Source of the DNA: Synechococcus sp.
GTDB taxonomy: Bacteria; Cyanobacteriota; Cyanobacteriia; Thermostichales; PCC-7336
Direction: 5' to 3'
Length of the DNA: 31,255 bases
Assembly (NCBI GenBank): GCA_051439425.1
Contig: JBFRWD010000065.1
Location: 1 to 31,255, forward strand
A program made the translations under genes and the position numbers. Each line of letters opens with the position of its first letter. Within the stretch, counting starts at the first letter, position 1. Of the stretch, positions 17,998 through 26,823 are shown piece by piece. The notes under the pieces were generated by a model. That model was not told the origin of the DNA and made no database searches. It was given only the letters and a program-made list of their open reading frames with translations.

Positions 17998-18435
17998 TTA
18001 GCGGAGCCCGCCAAACAGATCGCGATCTTTCGTGACATTAATCAACACGCCGGTTGCAGCACCACCGATCGCATTCTGGGTGACCGAACCATTGCCCAGC
18101 ACCGCTCCAGTCACCGTATTGGTGGCGGCTCCAACGGCAGCATCTTGCACAACGCCTCCGATCCCTGTTCTCGATTCGTCGTGAGTCGCGCTAACCGCAG
18201 CTCCAGTCGCTGCGCCACTGAGAGCATTCTCTAATAGATCGCCATTGCCAGTGACAGCGCCGTAAACGGTGTTACCACCAGCGCCCACCAATACGTCTTG
18301 TACCAGCTGGGCCTCCGCTGGGCGCACGGGCAGCAGAATGGCCGCGAAGGTACCCACTGCGATCGCAGACTTCAGGAGTACTTGCTGCACCGACCGCTGT
18401 TGAGCGGAAACTTCTAGGGGTTGGGAACACATCAT
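17998..18435 (-). CDS. Secreted glycine-zipper-like protein with internal tandem duplication
   Basis: Hydrophobic signal segment ending PAEA-Q, followed by two ~45-aa GxxxGA-rich repeats. Confidence 0.7.
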   Translation of the reverse strand: MMCSQPLEVSAQQRSVQQVLLKSAIAVGTFAAILLPVRPAEAQLVQDVLVGAGGNTVYGAVTGNGDLLENALSGAATGAAVSATHDESRTGIGGVVQDAAVGAATNTVTGAVLGNGSVTQNAIGGAATGVLINVTKDRDLFGGLR

Positions 18436-18705
18436 GCCAAAAATCCTTGTACGACACCGATGCATTAACCCTACTCAGTGGCCCGATGATGCGTGAGTTG
18501 AACGGGCGTATGAGTGCCTGCCCAGATCGGAGTAGCTGTGTGCGCGAGCGAGCGATCGGGACTTGCGCGATCGCGTACACCCTCGAATCAGATCTTCAAT
18601 TTAAGCGCAGAGTTCAACTGGGGCGGGTGCTGCATCTGCGATTCACGCCCGATGCTGGACCGCATTCTCACCGACACAACCGACTCAAAAAATGGAATGG
18701 TACTT

Positions 18706-20322
18706 TCAACTCGCCTGAGCATCTTTCACGAACTGAACGAGTCCTCCGCTGTTGTAGCCAACGGTATGGCTTTGGCGAAGGGTAGGCCTAAGGCCCTGGT
18801 TAAACAAGGGATAACGTCCAATAAGCACTTGCGCAGGGTCGTATTCCGCCAATATTCTTTGCAAATCTTCCTTCGTCAGGTTCCCAGTATTCACTCGCTT
18901 AGAAGACACGGTTGCTAGATACGGCGGGACTTTGAGATTACTGAGAAAGCCATAAATGGGAAAATCGGTCAGCAGCCACTCGTCCCCAGGCTTAATCTGG
19001 GCTTCGATCGCGGCAAGAGCCTCCCAATGCTGTTGAGACCGTTCGACAAATTGTTCATGGGTATGCATGTGGATGGCAATTCGTACCGGAATAGCAACAG
19101 TTGGCGCGAGGAGAGCCAGACTGAGTAGGCTTGCCAACAGTCCCTGACGGATGGTGGTGGGTATTGAGCGTTGCGAGCCTTCGAAGGGGCGCGAGCGCCA
19201 CCACGACAGAATGAATCGGATCCCAAATGCTCCCAACCAAATCATGGGGATGGATAAGAAGGGATAGTAATGTCCCCAGAGTGGACGGTAGTAAAGAAAT
19301 ACCAGGATGACAGAAGCAAGCCAAAGCAAAGGCAACAACGCGATCTCCCTTAGCTTGGTTATGCCTACGAGTAGACCAACGAAAACCAGAAGTAAATAAT
19401 CGTAATCTTGCAGCAGTATGACTTCAAGCGGTCTTAGACCACGGGAGTAACGCCAGCCGGAGTCATGGTTACTTTGGGCTTGGATATGGCCTCCAACAAG
19501 TTGCTGCCAGTCAAAAGACCCCACTGCAAGTCCAATGATTAGAAATGCAACAATGACGCTCCCTAACCAGATCGCGATGGGTTGCCAAACAGTAGGGGTG
19601 AGGATATAGTTGAATGCTGGTGATTTTGAATCGGCGGGTTGTTGGGCGGATCGGATTAAGGACGATCGCCGGTTGATGAGAAGATAGCAGCAAAGCGGAG
19701 GAATCAGAATGATGGAAATGAGCTTGATCTGCATCGATGCCCCGAATAGGAGCCCGGAGATCGCCAGCCAGTAACCCCGCGTCGATATTGCGTACCTTAA
19801 CAGCAGGTACACCGATAGCATTGCAAAAGCCAAGCCCGGCAGCCCAATCATCACCGACTGACTGAGTTGTAAATAGCTGCTGCTCAACAGCAAGAATAAT
19901 ACCGATAGCAGAGCAGGAACGGTTCCAGCGGTGGCCTTAACAGAGCGACCAAATGCCCAGACCAGTAGGCTAGACAATGTCAGTGTTAGGTGTCTGGCAT
20001 TGCTCAAAGATTGGCCGAACAGTTTCAACCAGTTGGACAGTAACACTGTATGGAGAGGCGGTTGGTCGCTCCAAATATCCCGATACATGCGATAGCCCGC
20101 CTGCAAGAGGCGAGCCTTCGCCAACTGATTCCCTTCGTCGTTGCTGAACTGAAAGACATCTCCTGCTGGCATAATCCACATGGCCAAGGCGATCGTCAGG
20201 ACTGGAACCAAAAGATCGAATGCGAGATGTTCCCGCATTTTCAAGGATATGAATTGGGACGACGGATTATTTGGCTGTGGAGATGAGGGATGTTGAGTCG
20301 AAGAATGCTTGTCTGGCTGCAC
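18706..20322 (-). CDS. Polytopic GT-C glycosyltransferase (GT39/ArnT/PMT-like)
   Basis: FSNDEG after the first TM, YRDIWSDQPPL, about 11-12 TM segments, HYYP motif, soluble C-terminal domain. Confidence 0.8.
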   Translation of the reverse strand: MQPDKHSSTQHPSSPQPNNPSSQFISLKMREHLAFDLLVPVLTIALAMWIMPAGDVFQFSNDEGNQLAKARLLQAGYRMYRDIWSDQPPLHTVLLSNWLKLFGQSLSNARHLTLTLSSLLVWAFGRSVKATAGTVPALLSVLFLLLSSSYLQLSQSVMIGLPGLAFAMLSVYLLLRYAISTRGYWLAISGLLFGASMQIKLISIILIPPLCCYLLINRRSSLIRSAQQPADSKSPAFNYILTPTVWQPIAIWLGSVIVAFLIIGLAVGSFDWQQLVGGHIQAQSNHDSGWRYSRGLRPLEVILLQDYDYLLLVFVGLLVGITKLREIALLPLLWLASVILVFLYYRPLWGHYYPFLSIPMIWLGAFGIRFILSWWRSRPFEGSQRSIPTTIRQGLLASLLSLALLAPTVAIPVRIAIHMHTHEQFVERSQQHWEALAAIEAQIKPGDEWLLTDFPIYGFLSNLKVPPYLATVSSKRVNTGNLTKEDLQRILAEYDPAQVLIGRYPLFNQGLRPTLRQSHTVGYNSGGLVQFVKDAQAS

Positions 20323-20931
20323 AGTAAAGTCTGCCCCTAGCGGATCGTCTGAGCCCCTAATTGACCGATAACTGGTTAAGGGGGGTTATCTCCTAAGTCA
20401 ATGCGTCTGCAAGTCTATAGAGATATAGCATTCCTGCGACACAACCTAGAGTAGCGGGGGGTGACTCAGTACAGACGCCTTTTATTTGAGAGAAATAGTG
20501 TTCTAGCTGGGTGATCTCGCCTTTATTTGGAGAAAACTTGCCCGAAAAAGGGATTGGGCTTTGCCTGTAGGCAACATGCCCCATATGCAGCGCGGGTAAT
20601 TGCTCCCCAAACAGGCACAAGATTGGCCAGCAGCTCAACATCTGCAAGCCGCGTCACCGCCAATTTCCCGAAACCGATAACCATCGATAGTAGGTCAAGA
20701 GGTCAAAGGCCGTTGTCCAAGTCTCTATATCCGCGATAGGGGACCATCGTGAAGCGGTCTCATTTTCGAATGTATTGCCGTACAACACTTCGGAAGCTGA
20801 TTACGGCTAGCGGTGAAGTCCGGCGTTTAGGCCCTGTGATACCTCAATCTACAACGGTAGTAATGTGGTTACGTGGCACCTCCGCAAAATTGTCCGAACT
20901 ATTCCTATTCAAAATCGATCGAACTTAAACC

Positions 20932-21927
20932 ATGTCAAAACAAGTGTGGAGTGTTGGGCGTTTATTTTGCCTGTACTGCTGCCTGCTGCTGCTGTGTTGT
21001 GGGTGCGTGCAATATCGCATGGAGCTGTCCTTCAACTGGCTCACGGGTGGCACCATCGTGCAAAATCTCAAGTGGGATTCCAGTGTGGGGAATTTCATTG
21101 GGAATTATAGTGATTCGGCAGCAGACGAACTATTAGACGAGATCGAACGGCGAGCGGCTGCAGCGGGCGGTACTGCCGACTATGTATCCGATAGCGAGAT
21201 GCGGGTTGAAATCCCCTTTGATAATTACACTCAGTTGGAATCAAAATTTAATTCCTTTTTCAATCAACCCTTGTTGCTGCTATCGCAGTTAGTGCTAGGG
21301 GAGGAGTTGTCGTCTCCGCCTATCGCAGGTCGGCCTCCTGCCACGGTTTCTTCCAGTCAAGATCCCTCTAAGACAGACCATCCGGCTCAATTCTTGCCAG
21401 CAAAAGCGACACTATTAGAGACGGTAGTACCGGTAACCCAGGGAACTGACGAGCACATTCAACAATCTGCCCCCGGATTGAACCGTCAATCGAGATCGGG
21501 GCAAGAAAGTGCACTAATGTTAGCGAACAGACGAACGCTTCCGCTGCATTTGTTGGCTCAGAATAGAGCAGGAGAGGAGCTTAAGGTTACCAAACACGGG
21601 TTTGGCATTGCCGATCGCTACGATCTGACCTACACTCTCGACCTCAGCGATGTTCGCTTACCCGTGTCGGGGCGCTTCTTCACCCTGTCCGTCGATCGCC
21701 TGCTCGATTTACAAATGGCATTGACCACCCCTATTCCAGCAAGTCGTTCTAACGCCACCGTCAGAGATGGCAACCGACTGGAGTGGCAGATCGAGACGGG
21801 AGCTGTTAACCACTTATCCGTGTCCTTTTGGACTCCCAGCCCGATTGGCATTGTTGGGATTGTAGTGGTTGCATTGGCTGCGTTTCTGTGGGTGTGGCGG
21901 TTAGACCGACCCCGCAGGAGAGGATAA
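20932..21927 (+). CDS. DUF3153-like lipoprotein with C-terminal TM anchor
   Basis: Lipobox LLCCG-C followed by VQYRMELSF, IPFDN..LESKFNSFF, LEWQIETGAVNHL, FWTPSPIGI and a C-terminal hydrophobic helix. Confidence 0.72.
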   Translation: MSKQVWSVGRLFCLYCCLLLLCCGCVQYRMELSFNWLTGGTIVQNLKWDSSVGNFIGNYSDSAADELLDEIERRAAAAGGTADYVSDSEMRVEIPFDNYTQLESKFNSFFNQPLLLLSQLVLGEELSSPPIAGRPPATVSSSQDPSKTDHPAQFLPAKATLLETVVPVTQGTDEHIQQSAPGLNRQSRSGQESALMLANRRTLPLHLLAQNRAGEELKVTKHGFGIADRYDLTYTLDLSDVRLPVSGRFFTLSVDRLLDLQMALTTPIPASRSNATVRDGNRLEWQIETGAVNHLSVSFWTPSPIGIVGIVVVALAAFLWVWRLDRPRRRG

Positions 21928-21968
21928 GCTAAGCTTGCCGGCGGGAGATTGAGACCCAGGTTTCACGT

Positions 21969-22556
21969 ATGTACGACCAACACCCAACTGCTATTTTGCG
22001 GGGTCATCCCGAGCATCGTCCCCAGCAAGGAACTGCCGCTACACACTATATAAAGCGAGAGATTCGGCGATTCAGTTTCTTCCGACAAGCTGTTACTTGC
22101 GCTGCTATGACGGTTCTCTCCGCAGGACTGTTTTGGCTTGCAGCTCCCCCTGCCTTTAGCGAGCCAACCCTGACCTTCGACCCACCTCCAGGAACTCGGC
22201 TATCTAATTTTGACGCCTATTTGACGGTCACCTTCGAGCTAGATGGCGAGAGTTGGGAGTCATTGCCGTGGGATTGGCAAAATCCTCGGGTGCGCTTGAA
22301 TGGCACAGATATTTCACTTCCGGTGCGCTCTCTTATCTCTGGGGCCACTGCTTCAGTCCTCACGCCAGACGAAATTGTGGTGTCGCAGCAGACGATGACA
22401 GGAGATCGCATGGTGCTGGCCTTGAGTGGATTGCGACTGGATGATGGCTTTAACCGATTAATTGTTGAACTCACCCCGACACAAGAAGGGATTGAGCCTC
22501 TCAAGTTCGATGTTTCCTATCCCGTTATTGCTGGCCAAGATCAAGCTACGCAGTAA
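21969..22556 (+). CDS. Hypothetical exported protein (beta-rich)
   Basis: 195 aa ORF. Signal-like segment AMTVLSAGLFWLAAPPAFS, then beta-strand-like sequence. Start uncertain. Confidence 0.6.
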   Translation: MYDQHPTAILRGHPEHRPQQGTAATHYIKREIRRFSFFRQAVTCAAMTVLSAGLFWLAAPPAFSEPTLTFDPPPGTRLSNFDAYLTVTFELDGESWESLPWDWQNPRVRLNGTDISLPVRSLISGATASVLTPDEIVVSQQTMTGDRMVLALSGLRLDDGFNRLIVELTPTQEGIEPLKFDVSYPVIAGQDQATQ

Positions 22557-22593
22557 CTACCCCAGTTCTAGCAGTAGTAATGCTTGCCCACAG

Positions 22594-22619
22594 AAAAGCA
22601 GCGTCTACTGACGCTGCTT
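22594..22619 (-). terminator. Intrinsic terminator (minus strand, possibly bidirectional)
   Basis: Perfect 10-bp stem AAGCAGCGTC-TACT-GACGCTGCTT (22596-22619). AAAA at 22594-22597 gives a U-tract on the minus strand. Sits between convergent genes. Confidence 0.75.
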
Positions 22620-22670
22620 CAACAACCTATTGCCTATACCTACAGTCCTGGTATCCAGCGTGGAGGGTGA

Positions 22671-22838
22671 CTACGAGGAACCTACCGTTGGATAATCATC
22701 TGCATGGCAGGCTGTCCCTTTATCGTTGTGACAAATATCCGAAGTAATGGACTGATAGCCAACGGTTACATTTGTTTTGGGCGGCGGTGCGAAAATATCG
22801 GCGATTGCCCGAATAATTTGCTTAATAAACGCTAGCAT
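22671..22838 (-). CDS. Small protein, 55 aa (not in ORF track)
   Basis: MLAFIKQIIRAIADIFAPPPKTNVTVGYQSITSDICHNDKGTACHADDYPTVGSS*. AGGAGG lies 6 nt before the ATG and a terminator ~50 bp downstream. Confidence 0.72.
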   Translation of the reverse strand: MLAFIKQIIRAIADIFAPPPKTNVTVGYQSITSDICHNDKGTACHADDYPTVGSS

Positions 22839-23939
22839 TGCTGCCCTCCTACGGCTAATCGGCGCGTACGGTCAAATTACGTCGAAAGTGCAGGGAAAAG
22901 ACTCGCGATTAACGCTCTTTGAAGGCTCTTAGTACAGCGACTCCACATTGCCAGAAACATTAGAGCACCATCACCTAACCAGGCTGAAAACACTCACGAA
23001 CCTACTTTGCACGTTCAAAATACAGTCAATAAGTGAATAGGTATCTGCCCTCCAACATGCCCGCTCGAGAAACTTCATTGGAGATTCAAAGACAATACCT
23101 CTTCGAATGCAACCACAAAAAGCGAGGTCATAACAGGAAACGACAGATACCTGACTTGCCACAACACTGGTGGCGATTTAACCAATGAATGATAAGTTTT
23201 TCGCTATCTCCTTTGCGTACGTGAATGTGTTTCTGCAGTCTTTTCGCCGACATCCAATGCCGCAATGCGGACTTACAAATGAATAACAACTGGATTGGAG
23301 ATCGGATTGACTCTCGTTAAATTTGAAGACCTCTGATGTGTCGGTATAAACTAGAGACTACAGCTTCAGAAATCGCGATATCGGAGCGCCTGCGACAGTA
23401 AAACTGATATTCTCTCATGGCCTATTGGAGGCCGAAACTCACGAGAGCCGTTTGTGGGCGAGACGATAAGATTGGGACTACGTCCAGACAGATGTCACCG
23501 ATTAATAAGGTAGTGGAAGTAGTCATCATCTCGCAGTTAGAAAAAGGAACCGAGATGTTGCCTCCTTTGGCAGAACTCTATCTGAGTTAACTATAGCCTT
23601 TTGATGACATGCCTCTCGGACTAGTCAGGAGAAATAAATCTTTCTTTACGCTTGTTTAAATCGCTAATAATGTGTTCTTGATGCTGAATAGCCGTAGAGC
23701 GTAGATCCATTAAGTAAGAGAAATGGTGTCAGATCGTGGGGTTCCATAATGGAACGCTTCGTCCCTCAGCATAATGAAGCATAGCAGCTGCATCAATTAG
23801 TCAATTCGGAATAAGCAACCATTGTAAATTCTGCGTGAATCTCGATCTCAAAGACCTACCGAAGTAACCCGTATCTAACACAATTAACACGGTAGAGATA
23901 AAGGCCTAAGCCATAAGAAGTGGCTTGAAATGGGGGCTT

Positions 23940-24260
23940 CTATCTGCGGCGTCGACGACGGCTCACCCATCCGCGTAGCTGGGTACGTTGAATGGTGCGA
24001 CCCAGTTGTGTGGTTAGGGACAAGCGACGGCTTAATTGTGCGAGTTTTTGATTGCTGTCGAAGAGCGACTGATTGAGGCGATTGAAGCGTTGGGGAACCT
24101 CCTCTAGGGCTTGACTGGCTTCCAGGCGGTTATCAAAGAACCGTCGGCCAAGCCCCACCCAGCGAGGAAGTTTCATTACAACTTTCAAACACTGCATCAA
24201 GAGGACGAACACACCAACGTTAAATGAGACAACGGCGATCGCGGCTATATCTACAGTCAT
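23940..24260 (-). CDS. Hypothetical membrane-anchored coiled-coil protein
   Basis: N-terminal hydrophobic helix (IAAIAVVSFNVGVFVLL), helical body, Arg-rich tail. Start placed at ATG 24260. Confidence 0.55.
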   Translation of the reverse strand: MTVDIAAIAVVSFNVGVFVLLMQCLKVVMKLPRWVGLGRRFFDNRLEASQALEEVPQRFNRLNQSLFDSNQKLAQLSRRLSLTTQLGRTIQRTQLRGWVSRRRRRR

Positions 24261-24413
24261 ATTGATTTCTTCCAAAACAGCTCGATCCAAGTCTGCTCTC
24301 TGATGGTTTTATTATCTTGGACTGGCCGCAAGGGGTGGCAAATGACAGCAAGATATTCGTCGAGCATTTTTGACGCCAGCCTACTTGCTGCTACTGGGCT
24401 GAGAGCAATTGAG

Positions 24414-25136
24414 ATGCCGCTTTCGATCGCAGTCGTGGTTCCCACCTATCAGGAAGAGTCAGCGATTGAAACCTGTCTCGCGAGTCTGCAAGGGCAAGCG
24501 CCACCATTTGAGGTGATTGTGACGGATGGCGGATCGAGCGATCGCACCCAAGAAATTGCAGCAGCATACCGAATTCTGGATGCTGCTGGTTCTTTCGCTC
24601 CTATTCAGGTGGTTCGTTCCCCAGAGCAAGGTCGTGCTCAGCAGATGAACTTTGGCGCTCAGCAGGCCAATAGTGCCGATATCCTGTTGTTCCTACATGC
24701 TGATTCGCAGTTGCCTGCAGATGGACTGCAAGCTGTGCGGCACGCTATGCTTGGCTCCAGCGCAATTGGTGGAAGGTTTGCCGTTGGTCTGGATCGGCAG
24801 GAATTACCCTATAGTGCGATTGAGTGGGGCATGAATGCGCGTACGCGCCTCACGGGGTGTTTTACGGGGGATATGGGGATCTTTGTTTGGCGATCGCTAT
24901 TCGAGCAATTGGGAGGTTACCCCCATCAACCTTTGATGGAAGATTACGAACTGTCCCGTCGCATGCAACAACGGGGGCAGGTTGCCTACCTTCCTCAAAA
25001 AATCGTGACTTCTAGCCGTCGTTGGCAACAGCATGGCCCTCTCAGAACCGTTGCTCTCATGCAAGCCATTCGAGTCGGCTATCGCTGCGGGGTGTCTGCA
25101 GAACGCCTCGCCAACTGGTATCACGTGGTTCGTTAG
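24414..25136 (+). CDS. GT2 glycosyltransferase (TIGR04283-like family)
   Basis: IAVVVPTYQEE, DGGSSD, GRAQQMNFGA, LFLHADS, GDMGIF, PLMEDYE, TSSRRW. Start placed at ATG 24414. Confidence 0.85.
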   Translation: MPLSIAVVVPTYQEESAIETCLASLQGQAPPFEVIVTDGGSSDRTQEIAAAYRILDAAGSFAPIQVVRSPEQGRAQQMNFGAQQANSADILLFLHADSQLPADGLQAVRHAMLGSSAIGGRFAVGLDRQELPYSAIEWGMNARTRLTGCFTGDMGIFVWRSLFEQLGGYPHQPLMEDYELSRRMQQRGQVAYLPQKIVTSSRRWQQHGPLRTVALMQAIRVGYRCGVSAERLANWYHVVR

Positions 25137-25159
25137 TTTATGAAGGCAGGTCAAATGAA

Positions 25160-25264
25160 TATAGCAATCCGCTGTAAGGTCTAGAGTCGGGAGACAGCTC
25201 AAAGAATTAATCCACAAGGAGACATTATTGGAGAACTCTCCATAGCGGATTGCCAAGCGCTATA
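25160..25264 (-). mobile_element. MITE-like dispersed repeat, copy 4 (inverted)
   Basis: Reverse complement TATAGCGCTT-GGCAATCCGCTATGGAGAGTTCTCC...AGACCTTACAGCGGATTGCT-ATA. 105 bp, closest to copy 1. Confidence 0.82.
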
Positions 25265-25417
25265 GAAGGAATGGGATTTCCCATAAACCTGAGTTCGATA
25301 GCCCCCCCAGTCCCCTTCCACATTGAGAGAGGGAATCGAGAGGCTTCAAACCCCAATGCTTTCGTTGCACGGCGAGGGAATGATTCAACTCAAATCGCCT
25401 GGTCTAACTGACGTTCT

Positions 25418-26425
25418 TTAAACGTTCATCGCTTGCCGAGGATCGTAGGATTGCACCTGCTTCAGTTTTTCGTATAACTCTCGCTCTGTTGGAGTGATTT
25501 TGCTCGGGACGTTCACTTGGATCACCACAAACTGGTCACCACGGTCACTTTTTCCCTTCGGAAACCCTTTGCCCCCCAACCGCATCTTCTGCCCCGATTG
25601 CACCCCAGCAGGTAAGTTCAATTTGACCGATCCGTCTAGAGTAGGAACCTCCACAGGGCCACCGAGGGCTGCCTCGCTAGGAGAAATCGGCAGATTGCAA
25701 TATACATCTGCTCCCTCCATACGATAGAAGGGATGGGGTTTAATCTCTACCTTAAGATACAAGTCTCCTTGCCCGCCGCTGGGATTGGGGTGGCCCTGCC
25801 CCTTGAGACGAATTTTTTTGCCATCCGTCACTCCGGCTGGAATGTTGATTTCCAGCGTACGAGAGCCCTCTACCCGTAACCGTCGCTTTCCTCCGGCATA
25901 CGCTTCCGGAATCGTCAGTTGAATAGAGGCTTCGGCATTGTAGTCTTGCTTGGGCCGAGAACCGCCCGCAAACCCGGAGTTTCCAAACCCCGAATTACCA
26001 AATCCTGGACTAGCGCCAAATCCCGAGGCACCAGCAGCATAGCCCCCTCGTGCTGCGCCACCTCCCATCCGACCCAAGAGCTGGTCGATAAAGTCCTGAA
26101 AATCATCAAACTGACTGAAATCAACCGTTTGGCCTACAGCAGGATCGAAATCTCCAAATGGACTCCCTGAGGCTCGTCGGCCCCCACGAAATCCTCCCTG
26201 ATTGAAATACTGGCCAAATTGGTCGTACTGGCGACGTTTAGTGCTGTCGGAGAGGACTTCATAGGCTTCGCTAACGTCCTTGAACTTATTCTCTGCCGCC
26301 GTATCTCCGGGGTTGATATCGGGATGGTACTTGCGAGCGAGTTTGCGGAAGGCGCGTTTGATGTCGTCCTGGGTAGCACTACGACTCACTCCCAGAATGT
26401 TGTAGTAGTCTTTGAAATTTTGCAT
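25418..26425 (-). CDS. dnaJ: DnaJ-class co-chaperone, class B (J domain, G/F region, C-terminal domain, no Zn finger)
   Basis: [16 protein letters not shown]-rich linker, [15 protein letters not shown]. No CxxCxGxG repeats. Confidence 0.9.
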   Translation of the reverse strand: MQNFKDYYNILGVSRSATQDDIKRAFRKLARKYHPDINPGDTAAENKFKDVSEAYEVLSDSTKRRQYDQFGQYFNQGGFRGGRRASGSPFGDFDPAVGQTVDFSQFDDFQDFIDQLLGRMGGGAARGGYAAGASGFGASPGFGNSGFGNSGFAGGSRPKQDYNAEASIQLTIPEAYAGGKRRLRVEGSRTLEINIPAGVTDGKKIRLKGQGHPNPSGGQGDLYLKVEIKPHPFYRMEGADVYCNLPISPSEAALGGPVEVPTLDGSVKLNLPAGVQSGQKMRLGGKGFPKGKSDRGDQFVVIQVNVPSKITPTERELYEKLKQVQSYDPRQAMNV

Positions 26426-26753
26426 TGCGTCTTCCTCAACGACCGTGGGAATGGAAAGCAGGGCTCGATATTCGACAAGAACTCTCTTCGACAGTCAAGC
26501 GTCCCAAGCGTCCATTGTGTGAAGCTCCAATCTCATGCTGGCCAGCTAGTCATGGCTGGGAGATGGGTTGACTAATCTCTAGTGACTAATCGCTAGCAAG
26601 TTTAGCTGACCCCGTGCCGTTGCCCTTAACTCGACCTCGGCCTGACGCGATTCAGATACTTCGACAGTTCTAAAAATATCTGTCTCTGCTGCGACTCGCC
26701 CGTTCACTAGATAGCTCCGCAAGGCTTGGCTGCGAACGAATTAAATGCAGCAA

Positions 26754-26787
26754 AGGCGTGCGGTCAGTGGCCCTAACACGCACGCCT
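26754..26787 (-). terminator. Stem-loop just downstream of dnaK
   Basis: AGGCGTGCG...CGCACGCCT 9-bp stem, extendable by flanking CAGCAAA/TTTGCTG. Confidence 0.5.
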
Positions 26788-26823
26788 CAGTTTTGCTGAC
26801 TTGCCACATAGGGCTAGGCCGGT

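Noticed and set aside
20424..20434. Fifth MITE copy (TATAGCATTCC)
   Set aside because: Only a terminus-like 11-mer. There is no internal similarity and no matching opposite end.
23057..23188. 43-aa plus-strand ORF (MPARETSLEIQRQ...)
   Set aside because: No RBS and no recognisable motif, consistent with chance.
23331..23440. Hammerhead ribozyme core (CTGATG...GAAA)
   Set aside because: The sequence is CTGATGTG rather than CTGATGA, and the flanking helices could not be built.
12890..25264. Repeats as a CRISPR array
   Set aside because: Copies are 92-105 bp, kilobases apart and in both orientations. There is no repeat-spacer periodicity and no cas gene.
25300..25345. C-rich/G-rich degenerate hairpin between the GT2 gene and dnaJ
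   Set aside because: Too many mismatches to call a terminator or known dispersed repeat with confidence.
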